DNA from: an uncultured Verrucomicrobiae bacterium
GTDB taxonomy: Bacteria > Verrucomicrobiota > Verrucomicrobiia > Chthoniobacterales > UBA10450
Reading direction: 5' to 3'
DNA length: 64,000 nucleotides
Assembly: GCA_963756875.1 (NCBI GenBank)
Contig: CAVWPA010000003.1
Location: 704,001 to 768,000 of the forward strand
Position numbers and translations under genes: made by a program. Below, in pieces: positions 49,590 through 58,667 of the stretch (positions within the stretch are counted from its first letter, which is position 1; each line of letters opens with the position of its first letter). The notes under the pieces are model-generated. The model was not told where the DNA came from. It searched no databases and saw nothing but the letters and a program-made list of their open reading frames with translations.

Positions 49590-50618
49590 ATGCAGACGGC
49601 TTTCTTTCAATCTGGCCTTGAACATCCGCATGGCGGTCGCGCACGCGCCATCATCAAAACGCATCCGGAAGTCCGGGAATTGATGGTGCGCAATCCATAC
49701 ACGGCCCTGATCACGCTGTCACTCCTGGTCCTGCAAACAGCGATTGCATACGGGATGGGAAAACTCGGGTTCGGTTACTGGTGGCTCAGCTTGCTGGTGG
49801 CGTATTGCCTGGGCGCGTTCGCCAATCATGCCAACTACGTCATCATTCATGACGCGACGCATAATCTCATTTTGCGGAGCAAAAGCTGGAATAAAATGAT
49901 CGCGATTATCGCCGATCTTCCCAATTTAACGCCCGGTGCCATGGGCTTTCGGGTTTATCATTTAAAGCACCACTCGCATCAGGGTGATTACGAGCACGAT
50001 GCCGACCTGGCAAATCTCTGGGAGGCGCGTCTGGTGAGCAACATTTGGTATCGCAAGGCGCTCTGGTTGATGCTATTCCCGTTTTTCCAGTTGACGCGCC
50101 CTCCGCGTTTGAAGGCGATTACCATGTGGGACAGGTGGTTCGTCGTGAATTTCGTGTGCGTGGCCGCTTATGACACGGCTGTCGTTTATTTCTGCGGCTG
50201 GGCCGGGTTTTTTTATCTTGCGTTGTCGTTTCTTTTCTCGATCGGTCTGCATCCGGTAGGCGCGCGCTGGATCCAGGAGCATTACACGAACGATCCGGAG
50301 CAGGAGACCTACAGTTATTACGGACCAATCAATCGAGTTTGCCTCAACATGGGATACCACAACGAGCATCACGATTTGTCCTCGATTCCCTGGAATAATT
50401 TGCCGAAATTGCGGGCCATGGCGCCGGAGTTCTACGAGAATTTGAAATATCATCCGTCGTGGACCCGTTTGCTTTTTCAATTCATCTTCGACAAGCGCTA
50501 CAGTTTATTCTCGCGCATCGAACGAATGAAACAGCCCGCGCCCGAGGCGCAAGCCGCCCAATCGATTGTCGATCTTGGAGGCCATGAAGTTGTTAACGCG
50601 GAGGCAATCAATGCCTGA
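49590..50618 (+). CDS. Sphingolipid delta-4 desaturase/C4-hydroxylase-like (DEGS/DES family)
   Basis: N-terminal HPH..R..IIK.HPEVRELM; His boxes HDATH, HLKHH, HNEHHD; GLHPVG..IQEH; ETYSYYGP.N..N.GYHNEHHD..IPW..LP as in DEGS1. Confidence 0.85.
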   Translation: MQTAFFQSGLEHPHGGRARAIIKTHPEVRELMVRNPYTALITLSLLVLQTAIAYGMGKLGFGYWWLSLLVAYCLGAFANHANYVIIHDATHNLILRSKSWNKMIAIIADLPNLTPGAMGFRVYHLKHHSHQGDYEHDADLANLWEARLVSNIWYRKALWLMLFPFFQLTRPPRLKAITMWDRWFVVNFVCVAAYDTAVVYFCGWAGFFYLALSFLFSIGLHPVGARWIQEHYTNDPEQETYSYYGPINRVCLNMGYHNEHHDLSSIPWNNLPKLRAMAPEFYENLKYHPSWTRLLFQFIFDKRYSLFSRIERMKQPAPEAQAAQSIVDLGGHEVVNAEAINA

Positions 50619-51234
50619 ACCGGCGAAACGATTCTACGTTTCGAACAAGAACGAGAGCGTGCCGATGTTCGAAAGTAAGTTCATGGAGTTTTTTTCCCAC
50701 ATCCATCCGGCGACACCGGTGATTTTGTATGTGCCGGTGATCGTTTACCTGCTCTACCGCGCGCTCGCGCCGGGGCAAATGCCGATCCTGGCGGTGATGG
50801 TGCTTTTCCTGATTGGCGTCCTCATGTGGACGCTGTTGGAGTACATGGTCCACCGTTATGTTTTTCATTACGAACCGAAAAGCCGGCCGGGTAAGGCTTT
50901 GCACTTCATCATTCACGGCGTGCACCATGATTATCCGAACGATGCGAGCCGCCTTGTTTTGCCACCCGTGATTAGTGTCCCGATGGCGGTTCTATTTTAC
51001 TTCTTGTTTGCTTTCACTTTTGGGCAATTTGCCCCGGCCATTTCGGCTGGTTTTGGGACGGGCTACGTTTGCTACGACATGATTCACTACGCTACGCATC
51101 ATTTTCCGATGCGAAGCAGGGTCGGTCTTTGGCTCAAACAGTATCATCTGCGCCATCATTACAAAGACGACGAGGCCGGCTTCGGCGTTAGCTCTCCCCT
51201 GTGGGACTATATTTTTGGGACCACCCGAAAATAG
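50611..51234 (+). CDS. Fatty acid 2-hydroxylase-like (FA2H/Scs7 catalytic domain, no cytochrome b5 domain)
   Basis: WTLLEYMVHRYVFH, HFIIHGVHHDYPND..RLVLPP, GYVCYDMIHY..HH, YHLRHHY, FGVSSPLWD..FGT. Confidence 0.85.
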   Translation: MPEPAKRFYVSNKNESVPMFESKFMEFFSHIHPATPVILYVPVIVYLLYRALAPGQMPILAVMVLFLIGVLMWTLLEYMVHRYVFHYEPKSRPGKALHFIIHGVHHDYPNDASRLVLPPVISVPMAVLFYFLFAFTFGQFAPAISAGFGTGYVCYDMIHYATHHFPMRSRVGLWLKQYHLRHHYKDDEAGFGVSSPLWDYIFGTTRK

Positions 51235-51291
51235 TCCTGGCCGGCTCAAAATCGAGATGGAAAGGGCCTAAAAAAAGTTGCGACTAAAGCC

Positions 51292-51319
51292 TTGTCGTAA
51301 GCGGCGAAGGCGCTACAAT
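51292..51319 (+). promoter_or_regulatory. Candidate sigma70 promoter for the spt operon
   Basis: TTGTCG-16 nt-TACAAT. Confidence 0.45.
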
Positions 51320-51463
51320 AGCTGCCCCGATATGGAACTCTCCGGCACACCAGCTGGTGAGCCTTACATAAGGTATTGAAAACAATTAAGTTACATACAA
51401 GCGATTCCAGAGAGTCCTGCGCCATTAACTGGCGAGCGAAGATTTCGCGACTGGGCTCGCAAG

Positions 51464-52744
51464 ATGGATCAGGAAGGGGAATATCAACCGACGATGAGCC
51501 AGGACCCCTTCAAGCTTAGTCTCAGTAATTTCCTGGCCGCCGAGAGCAGCGATCCGCTGCAGGCTCCGCAAAGTTTCACAAATTGGGTGCGCGAGAGCGC
51601 GTGGGCCCGCGAATTGTACGAGCCCGAACTTCTTGGAACGGCGGACGCGCGCACGACGATCAATTACGATGGCAAGCCGGTCTCGGTTATCAATTTTTGT
51701 TCCTACAACTATCTTGGTCTGGCCAATCACCCGGAGGTTATTGCCGCCGCCCATCAGGCGCTCAGCACCCACGGCCTTGGCGCCTGCGGCGCGCCGATGC
51801 TCTCCGGCATGACCGATCTGCACCGGGAGCTGGAGCGGCGCGTTGCAAAATTTCTCGGGCGTGAAGACGCGATGCTTTTCAACAGCGGGTTCGGAGGGGC
51901 GCTCGGGACAATCTCTGGATTTCTTCGCAAGAGCGACGTCGCCATTCTCGACAATCGATCCCATCTCAGTCTCCGGGACGGCGCGATCCTGTCACGCTGT
52001 CGTACGGAAAAATTTGAACATAACGATCCAGAGTCGCTCGATACCGCGTTGAGCCGGCAACGCAATCGCCGTCAGCTTGTCGTCGTGGAAGGCATCTATT
52101 CCATGGATGGCGATTTCGGAAATCTGCAGGAATTGATCAGCGTCGCAGATTTGCACGGAGCCAGCGTTTTCGTCGACGAAGCGCACTCGATGTTGGGTTG
52201 TGGCGAAAACGGTCGGGGCGCGGCCGAAAAGTTCGGCGTGGAGCATCGGATTCCGCTCATCTACGGGACTTTTTCGAAGGCGTTTGGAGCCCTGGGTGGA
52301 TTCGTGGCCGGCTCGAAGGAGACTCTCCAATACCTGCGCTTTTACGCCCATCCCTACGTTTATTCTTGCGCCTTGCCCCCGGTGGTGGTGGCGGGAATTC
52401 TCAAAGCACTCGAGATCGGCATGCGGCAACCAGAGTTGCGAACACAACTTTGGGAGAATGCCGATTATTTTCATGCGCAACTTCGCGGTCTCGGCATCGA
52501 TACCGGGAAATCGACAACCTATATCATGCCGATCGTGATCGGGGAACGCGAGCGCATGTATCGCCTGGGCCATGAGCTGCGCCGGCGCGGTTTGTGGGTT
52601 GCACCGGTGGATTATCCGGCCGTGCCGTTGAATCGAGTCTGCTTCCGGGCCTGCGTTTCCGCCAAACACACGCGGGCTGACCTCGACGAAGCGCTCAATA
52701 TTCTCGAGGACACGCTGGTTCCGGCTGCGCTCCAAAGCGCCTGA
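51464..52744 (+). CDS. spt: Alpha-oxoamine synthase, probable serine palmitoyltransferase
   Basis: NFCSYNYLGL, VEGIYSMDGD, VDEAHS, GTFSKAFG (PLP Lys); specificity inferred from the neighbouring genes. Confidence 0.78.
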   Translation: MDQEGEYQPTMSQDPFKLSLSNFLAAESSDPLQAPQSFTNWVRESAWARELYEPELLGTADARTTINYDGKPVSVINFCSYNYLGLANHPEVIAAAHQALSTHGLGACGAPMLSGMTDLHRELERRVAKFLGREDAMLFNSGFGGALGTISGFLRKSDVAILDNRSHLSLRDGAILSRCRTEKFEHNDPESLDTALSRQRNRRQLVVVEGIYSMDGDFGNLQELISVADLHGASVFVDEAHSMLGCGENGRGAAEKFGVEHRIPLIYGTFSKAFGALGGFVAGSKETLQYLRFYAHPYVYSCALPPVVVAGILKALEIGMRQPELRTQLWENADYFHAQLRGLGIDTGKSTTYIMPIVIGERERMYRLGHELRRRGLWVAPVDYPAVPLNRVCFRACVSAKHTRADLDEALNILEDTLVPAALQSA

Positions 52745-52760
52745 AGCAGCGCTTGGCGAG

Positions 52761-53714
52761 ATGGTAATGCCGGAGCAGATTGATTTGCCGCTTTCTCCAT
52801 TGGAAGCGACCTACAAGACGCGTGACGTAGAGGGGATTGTCGATCTTTACTTTTATCGCAAGATCGCGTTCCGCCTGGCGCAGCTTTTCGCCAAACTGAA
52901 GATGACGCCGACGACGGTGACGCTTCTGGGCGGCGTTTTGGGCATCGCCGCCGGGCATTTGTATTTTTATCGCAATCTGCGCCTGAATGTTGTCGGGATG
53001 GTTCTACACATTTGCGCCAATGTGTTTGACAACGCCGATGGTCAGCTCGCGCGGCTGCTGAACCAAAAGAGCAGAACTGGTCGTGTAATCGATAGTCTGG
53101 TTGATCACGTAATATTCCTGAATATTTACGTCCATCTGATGCTGCGATGTTTGGTGGAAGGGGCATCTCTCACCGTCTGCCTGCTGGCCCTTGGCGCGGG
53201 AATCAGTCACGCATTGCAGGGCGCAGCCGCCGATTATTTCCGGAACGCCTATCTTTATTTTGTGAAAGGCCGATCCCGCGCGGATTGGGATTGCTCCGCC
53301 GTGTTGCGGAACGATTATCGCAGACTGAACTGGCGCACCGAGGGTTGGAACAAGTTTCTCCTTGCCACCTATCTGAATTTTACCCGACAACAGGAGCTGC
53401 TGTCGCCCAAGCTGAAACAATTGCGTGACGCGACAGTGCATGATTTTGCCGACGAGATTCCAGGTTCATTACGGGGCCATTATCGGGATATCGCTCGCCC
53501 GATGCTTCGAGGGTGGGGGTTGTTAATGACGAACACGCGCATGTTTTTTCTGTTCCTTTTCCTGGCCATCGACCGGCCCATCTGGTACTTTTGGCTCGAA
53601 GTCAGCGTTTTCAATCTTCTCCTGATTTACTTGATTTTCCGACAGGAAAAAATGGCGCGCGCCTTTCTTGAGCACCCTTATCGGGCGGCAGAAGTAACAA
53701 CAGGCGTGTCTTAA
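52761..53714 (+). CDS. CDP-alcohol phosphotransferase family protein 1
   Basis: DLYFYR..TPTTVT; signature DNADGQLAR..S..GRVIDSLVD. Confidence 0.9.
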   Translation: MVMPEQIDLPLSPLEATYKTRDVEGIVDLYFYRKIAFRLAQLFAKLKMTPTTVTLLGGVLGIAAGHLYFYRNLRLNVVGMVLHICANVFDNADGQLARLLNQKSRTGRVIDSLVDHVIFLNIYVHLMLRCLVEGASLTVCLLALGAGISHALQGAAADYFRNAYLYFVKGRSRADWDCSAVLRNDYRRLNWRTEGWNKFLLATYLNFTRQQELLSPKLKQLRDATVHDFADEIPGSLRGHYRDIARPMLRGWGLLMTNTRMFFLFLFLAIDRPIWYFWLEVSVFNLLLIYLIFRQEKMARAFLEHPYRAAEVTTGVS

Positions 53715-53718
53715 TTCC

Positions 53719-54846
53719 GTGGCGGAAATTGAAATCTCGCAAGTCAGCTCGCATCGTGACCGCGATGCCTTCATTAAGTTTCCCTGGCGCATCTACCGGA
53801 ATGATCCGGCCTGGGTCCCACCGTTAATTATTGAGCGGAAGGCGTTCCTCGACCGGACGAAGCATCCGTTTTACAAACATGGCGACGCCGCCCTGTTTCT
53901 GGCGAAGCGCAGCGGCGAAATCGTCGGTCGAATCATGGCCAGCGACGATCCGCGTTACAACGCGCTCCACGAAACGAACGTTGGCTGTTTCGGTCTCTTC
54001 GAGTGCATCGACAGTCGCGAGGTCGCGGCCGCCTTGTTCGCGGCCGCGGGTGATTGGCTGCGCGCCCGGGGACGCAGCGAGATGATGGGACCGATCGATT
54101 ACTCGACCAATTATGTTTGCGGGTTACTCATCGACGGATTTCAATATCCGCCCACGATCCTTACCTCACACAATCCGCCCTATTACGCTGGCTTGATCGA
54201 AGGCTGCGGCTTTACGAAAGCCAAAGATTGGTACGCCTGGTGGTTTTCGGAGTTTCCCGCTCCGGCGGAACGGTTGCGGAAGATTGCCGTTGCGCGGGCG
54301 GGAAAAATCGGGGTCAAGATTCGACCGATCAAGGTGAGAAAGATCGAAGACGAAGGCCAACGCATCCGGACGGTTTACAATCAGGCTTGGCAGAAGAATT
54401 GGGGGTTTGTCCCCTTTACAGAAGCTGAATCCGAACACATGGCGAAGGAAATGAAGCCGCTGATTCATCCCAAGGGAACATTGATCGCGGAGATCGGCGA
54501 TGAACCCGTCGGCTTTGTTATCGGTGTGCCGGACATCAACGTCGCATTTCGCCGTATCGATGGTCGACTGACTTGGTTTGGTTTGCCGATTGGCTTGATT
54601 AAGCTGCTTTACTACAGATTGAAAATCCGCACCGGCCGGCTCATTGCGCTTGGTGTTGTGGAAAAGTACCGCCGAGCGGGCATCGCCGAAATGCTTGTCC
54701 TTGCTTTGATGGATGCATCGTTCAAACGCGGGTTTACTGGCGAGTTAAGCATGACGCTCGAAGACAATGTCATGGTCAATCGCTTCATCGAAGCAATGGG
54801 CGCGTCGCGATACAAAACGTATCGAATCTACAGCCGCGCTCTGTGA
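53719..54846 (+). CDS. GNAT-fold protein, probable bacterial ceramide synthase (bCerS/YghO-like)
   Basis: FIKFPW.IY.NDP.WVPPL..HPF..VGRI..FGLFEC..GP..STN..GLLIDGF..HNPPYY..N.AW..NWGFVP..PDIN..LGV..YR..G. Confidence 0.75.
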   Translation: MAEIEISQVSSHRDRDAFIKFPWRIYRNDPAWVPPLIIERKAFLDRTKHPFYKHGDAALFLAKRSGEIVGRIMASDDPRYNALHETNVGCFGLFECIDSREVAAALFAAAGDWLRARGRSEMMGPIDYSTNYVCGLLIDGFQYPPTILTSHNPPYYAGLIEGCGFTKAKDWYAWWFSEFPAPAERLRKIAVARAGKIGVKIRPIKVRKIEDEGQRIRTVYNQAWQKNWGFVPFTEAESEHMAKEMKPLIHPKGTLIAEIGDEPVGFVIGVPDINVAFRRIDGRLTWFGLPIGLIKLLYYRLKIRTGRLIALGVVEKYRRAGIAEMLVLALMDASFKRGFTGELSMTLEDNVMVNRFIEAMGASRYKTYRIYSRAL

Positions 54847-56060
54847 TCAGAGAAACTTCTGCGTTTGTTATCCTGGCTGATGAATCGGCCGACTGGAAAA
54901 TTGCAGGCCTGCGCCAACTGGAACGGCTGGTTCTTGCCATTAATGAATTGCGCGACTCCAGCTCGACGGAAGCGCAGCTCGACATTGTTGTCTTTTGGAA
55001 ACCAGAGATTCCGTCTTCAAAGCGCTGGTTGCCGCGAAGCACGGCGGGTATTCGCCTTTTTGACAATAACAAGCGACAGCCTGATTTCGGTGCGCGTATT
55101 TTATCGACGCGATTGCTAGTTGGCCGCGCTGCTCTCCCGGAGTTCATCGCCAATGTGCCCTGTGTTGGAGCCGTAGCGCCAACCATGGATGAATGCCGGC
55201 TTTGGAAGGAGTCCTGGCATGACTTCGAAGTCGCTTGTCAGCGAGCTCTGACCGGGAAGAAGGTTTCACCAGCCTGGCAATACCTCAATGCTTCGGACGA
55301 AATTCCACGGTCGGAGAAAGCATTTCTCCGTCGAGTTGGAAAACCGCAGGATGGAATTGTCTCGCGTTTCATTAATCGACCGATCTCCCGAACGATCACG
55401 CGCGTTTTACTTCGTTCCCAAATAACTCCGGCTGCGTGGACAATATCGATGCTGGTCGTGCCGGTTGCTGCCTTCTTCGTGCTGCGTCGCGGAGATTACT
55501 TCGCTTTCGTAATCGGTCTCGCCATTTTTCAGTTATACAGCGTTCTGGACGGTTGCGATGGCGAAATTGCGCGGGCCAAGTATTTGGAATCGGAGAAAGG
55601 CGGAAGACTCGATACCTGGACGGATATTTTTGGTGGATTCATTTTCATCTTTGGCCTTGGATATGGCCTGTATCGGAAGCATTCCGGCGCCGCGAACGCC
55701 TGGCATTATGTCACACAAGCGATTGCCTGCGTGCTGCTTATCGGAATCAATGAGTGGCGGTTGCGGGGCCGGAGGAGCGAACGAAATGCTCCGCCGGATG
55801 ATTTGATTCCGACTTTATATCCGCGACATAAGGAGCTGATTCATCATTCGGGAATTCTGTTGCTGGGCGAGAGACTTGTGTGGTGGTTGGTTCAGTTTAC
55901 GAAGAGAGACATCTCCATTTTTGTCTTTTTTCTTCTGGCGATCGTTTCCCGTCCGGAATGGATCCTTCCGCTATGGATCGCCGTGACCGCCGTAGTATTG
56001 GTGCTGGCCGAGATCGCGCGGTGGAAACGTGCGCATTCGTCATTGGGTGGACCCCGATGA
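54843..56060 (+). CDS. CDP-alcohol phosphotransferase 2 (DIPPS-like) with a divergent N-terminal domain
   Basis: K..DGIVSRFINRPISR..Q..SVLDGCDGEIARAK..S..GG.LD...D. Confidence 0.85.
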   Translation: MIRETSAFVILADESADWKIAGLRQLERLVLAINELRDSSSTEAQLDIVVFWKPEIPSSKRWLPRSTAGIRLFDNNKRQPDFGARILSTRLLVGRAALPEFIANVPCVGAVAPTMDECRLWKESWHDFEVACQRALTGKKVSPAWQYLNASDEIPRSEKAFLRRVGKPQDGIVSRFINRPISRTITRVLLRSQITPAAWTISMLVVPVAAFFVLRRGDYFAFVIGLAIFQLYSVLDGCDGEIARAKYLESEKGGRLDTWTDIFGGFIFIFGLGYGLYRKHSGAANAWHYVTQAIACVLLIGINEWRLRGRRSERNAPPDDLIPTLYPRHKELIHHSGILLLGERLVWWLVQFTKRDISIFVFFLLAIVSRPEWILPLWIAVTAVVLVLAEIARWKRAHSSLGGPR

Positions 56061-56123
56061 GTAGATTCGGCGTTGGACGGGGGCAGCGTGGCTTGCTACT
56101 ATTCTGACCTTCGTTGTTAGCCT

Positions 56124-57074
56124 ATGGAGTCCACCTTGGCTCAAGATATTGCGCCCGTCTCCCGGCCGATTGGGCCCGGTCTGTCTTTCCGTCTCCGCTA
56201 CAGTCCTTTTTTAGCACAGATGGTGGTGATCCGGCGTTGCAATCTCTCCTGTGGATATTGCTCTGAGTACGACAAATCGAGCGATCCGGTGCCGATCGGA
56301 TTGCTGGAAACCCGGCTGCGCAAGTTGAAGGAACTCGGCACATTCGGCATTTCACTCACTGGTGGCGAACCGACACTGCACCCGGAACTGCCTCGTCTCA
56401 TTCGCATGTGCCGGACCCTGCGTTTCTTTCGCACCGGTATGATTTCAAACGGTTTCTTTTTGCGCCCGGAAATGATTGAAACGCTGAACCAGGCCGGGCT
56501 CCAGGAAATGCAGATTTCGATTGATGGTGTGCATGGCAATGACACAACGCAGAAAGTTCTGAACAACCTCAAGAAACGCCTTCGCTGGCTGCGGGAGCAT
56601 GCCCGTTTTCAAGTTTTCGTTAGCGCGGTCATCGGCGCGTGCCCGCCGGAAGAAGCGGAGGAGGTCGTCTCGTTTGCGACCGAGATGGGCTTCGCCTGGC
56701 GTGTTCTTCTTGTGCATGACGAACATGGTCAGCTCAAACTGAAGAGTGACGAGGTGAAAGCCTTCCGGAGCATCGTGAAAAAACTTCCGAAAAGTTTGAG
56801 GGAGCTTTCCGACTATCGTGAGCGCCTGATCCGTGACGGCACGGCGCCATACAAGTGTCGGGCCGGGAGCCGATATCTTTACATCGATGAATTCGGTAAC
56901 GTGAATTGGTGCTCACAAACCCGTCGCGTTTGGTCCAAGCCCTTGATGGATTATGGGCTGAACGATCTGCGGGAACAGTTCTATCGCTACAAATCCTGTC
57001 ACGCGACCTGCACTCTGGGATGCGTGCGGTCTGCCAGCCAATTGGACAACTGGCGCAAACAATCCGCCGCCTAG
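56124..57074 (+). CDS. Radical SAM protein with SPASM/twitch-like C-terminal cysteines
   Basis: CNLSCGYC, TGGEP, ISNG, ISIDG; C.AG..YLYID..G.V..C..CHATCTLGC. Confidence 0.92.
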   Translation: MESTLAQDIAPVSRPIGPGLSFRLRYSPFLAQMVVIRRCNLSCGYCSEYDKSSDPVPIGLLETRLRKLKELGTFGISLTGGEPTLHPELPRLIRMCRTLRFFRTGMISNGFFLRPEMIETLNQAGLQEMQISIDGVHGNDTTQKVLNNLKKRLRWLREHARFQVFVSAVIGACPPEEAEEVVSFATEMGFAWRVLLVHDEHGQLKLKSDEVKAFRSIVKKLPKSLRELSDYRERLIRDGTAPYKCRAGSRYLYIDEFGNVNWCSQTRRVWSKPLMDYGLNDLREQFYRYKSCHATCTLGCVRSASQLDNWRKQSAA

Positions 57075-57087
57075 CCGAAAATATTTC

Positions 57088-57867
57088 TTATCGCCGTTCG
57101 GGCAGCGCCTGGGCCCGCGTCTGCAACACCCTGGCCGCTTGCTGGAGCATCTGCGGAGTGTCGACGTCCTGCCACCAAGCATCGCCGATATCCGTGGCGC
57201 GGACCTTTCCGTCGGCAGCCATCAAGCGGACACCGTCAGCCAGGCTGCAATCTCCATTGCTCTTGGCGCGTGCGAGATAATCGAAGATCTGGGCGGGGCA
57301 GACGAACAACCCGGTGTCGATTCCATCGTAATGTCGTAGTTCTTTTCCAATAGCGACAATGCGTTCGCCGCGGGTCTGGACTTTCATCGCATCCGCCAGA
57401 TCGAAAATAGAATCGATTTTTCGGTCGACTGCCAGATTGAGCTGGTCGAGATCGGGACTTTTCAGGAGAAGGTCGATGACGGTCTGGTCAAACAAATGGT
57501 CGCTCATGGTCAAAAGAAACGGAGGTTTGACGTGATGAGCGGCGGCAAGAACCGAGATGCCATTCTGTTTTTGCCACTCGCTATTCTTGATAAAACGCAC
57601 TTCCAGTGCGGGCGGTGCCAATCGACTTACCGCAGCGCTCAAACGTTCGGCCTCAAATCCTACCACGGCATTGATTCTCTTGATTCCGGCCCGGGCCAGG
57701 GCGTCGATCGTGTAGGAAATGAGCGGTCGGCCAAGCAGTGGAACCAACGGCTTCGGGAAGGTCGGATCCGCGCCGCGCAACCGGGAACCGGATCCAGCCA
57801 TCAAAATCACTGCCTCAGTAACCAGCCTCCGTTCGAGCGAAGCGGCCGATCCTGGAAGGCTTGTCAT
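57088..57867 (-). CDS. NTP transferase resembling inositol-1-phosphate cytidylyltransferase (IPCT/LicC-like)
   Basis: AVILMAG.GSRL..PKPL, NGISVL, LLTMSDH, K....IGKEL..YD.IDTGLF, W.DVDT. Confidence 0.82.
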   Translation of the reverse strand: MTSLPGSAASLERRLVTEAVILMAGSGSRLRGADPTFPKPLVPLLGRPLISYTIDALARAGIKRINAVVGFEAERLSAAVSRLAPPALEVRFIKNSEWQKQNGISVLAAAHHVKPPFLLTMSDHLFDQTVIDLLLKSPDLDQLNLAVDRKIDSIFDLADAMKVQTRGERIVAIGKELRHYDGIDTGLFVCPAQIFDYLARAKSNGDCSLADGVRLMAADGKVRATDIGDAWWQDVDTPQMLQQAARVLQTRAQALPERR

Positions 57868-58667
57868 ATTCCGTAATACCGCTTCAGGCCCCAAAGGCGA
57901 ACGCGCTGGGGAAGAAATCGAAAGATGAGCGGCGCAATTTTGGATTGAAACGTGTCGCCTACGGTGATGCGCGGGGGTGGATTTGCTGCGTCGATCAACT
58001 TCAGAACATTCTTTGCGACCAGTTCCGGTTCCGGGGCCGCCTTCATGTTGCGATCTACGACGGTCCAGGTCCTAACCACTTTCGCTTCATAGCGCGGATT
58101 GGATTGCGCACTCTTGCTGACTGCATCGTTGAAGGCGGTGCAAATATCGCCGGGCTGGAGATCGACAATGCGCACTCTCGAATCGCCCAGTTCGAGCTGC
58201 ATAGACATGGTGAAGGCTGCCATCGCTGCCTTGGCGGCGTTGTAGGCCGCCATGAATGGAACGGGCAAACGCGAAGCCAGAGACGTCACGTTGACGATGA
58301 GGCCTTCCCCTCGCGCTTGCATCGCGTTGAGGGCCAGACGCATCAACTGCAGGTGTCCGAACACGAGCACCTGAAATTCGCGCGCCGTTTCCTTCGCAGA
58401 AAGATCTTCCGCCGGCCCGAAGTGACCGCTGCCGGCATTGTTGATAACAACATCAAAATGACCGGCTTCCGAAAGCGCGGTTGTAAACGCCTCGTCGATT
58501 GAATGGGAGTCGGACAGATCGAGCCGTACCGCGTGCAAGCGTGGCAGTTGCGGGACGCGACCAGGTTCTCGCGAGGTCCCCCAGATCTCATCTCCACGGT
58601 TGACAAGCGCTTGGGCAATGGCCAGGCCGATTCCGGAACTGGCGCCTGTGAGAAAAATGGGTTTCAT
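57864..58667 (-). CDS. Classical short-chain dehydrogenase/reductase
   Basis: TGASSGIG, INNAG, NVTS, YNAAK. Confidence 0.92.
   Translation of the reverse strand: MKPIFLTGASSGIGLAIAQALVNRGDEIWGTSREPGRVPQLPRLHAVRLDLSDSHSIDEAFTTALSEAGHFDVVINNAGSGHFGPAEDLSAKETAREFQVLVFGHLQLMRLALNAMQARGEGLIVNVTSLASRLPVPFMAAYNAAKAAMAAFTMSMQLELGDSRVRIVDLQPGDICTAFNDAVSKSAQSNPRYEAKVVRTWTVVDRNMKAAPEPELVAKNVLKLIDAANPPPRITVGDTFQSKIAPLIFRFLPQRVRLWGLKRYYGI

Noticed and set aside
51362..51398. AT-rich imperfect palindrome (attg-aaaa-caat core) in the spt leader as an operator
   Set aside because: It is a single short imperfect instance and no second copy was seen in the cluster
56124..57074. Radical SAM protein as hopanoid HpnH or MoaA
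   Set aside because: There are no hopanoid or molybdopterin genes nearby and I could not see family-specific motifs, so it is left unassigned
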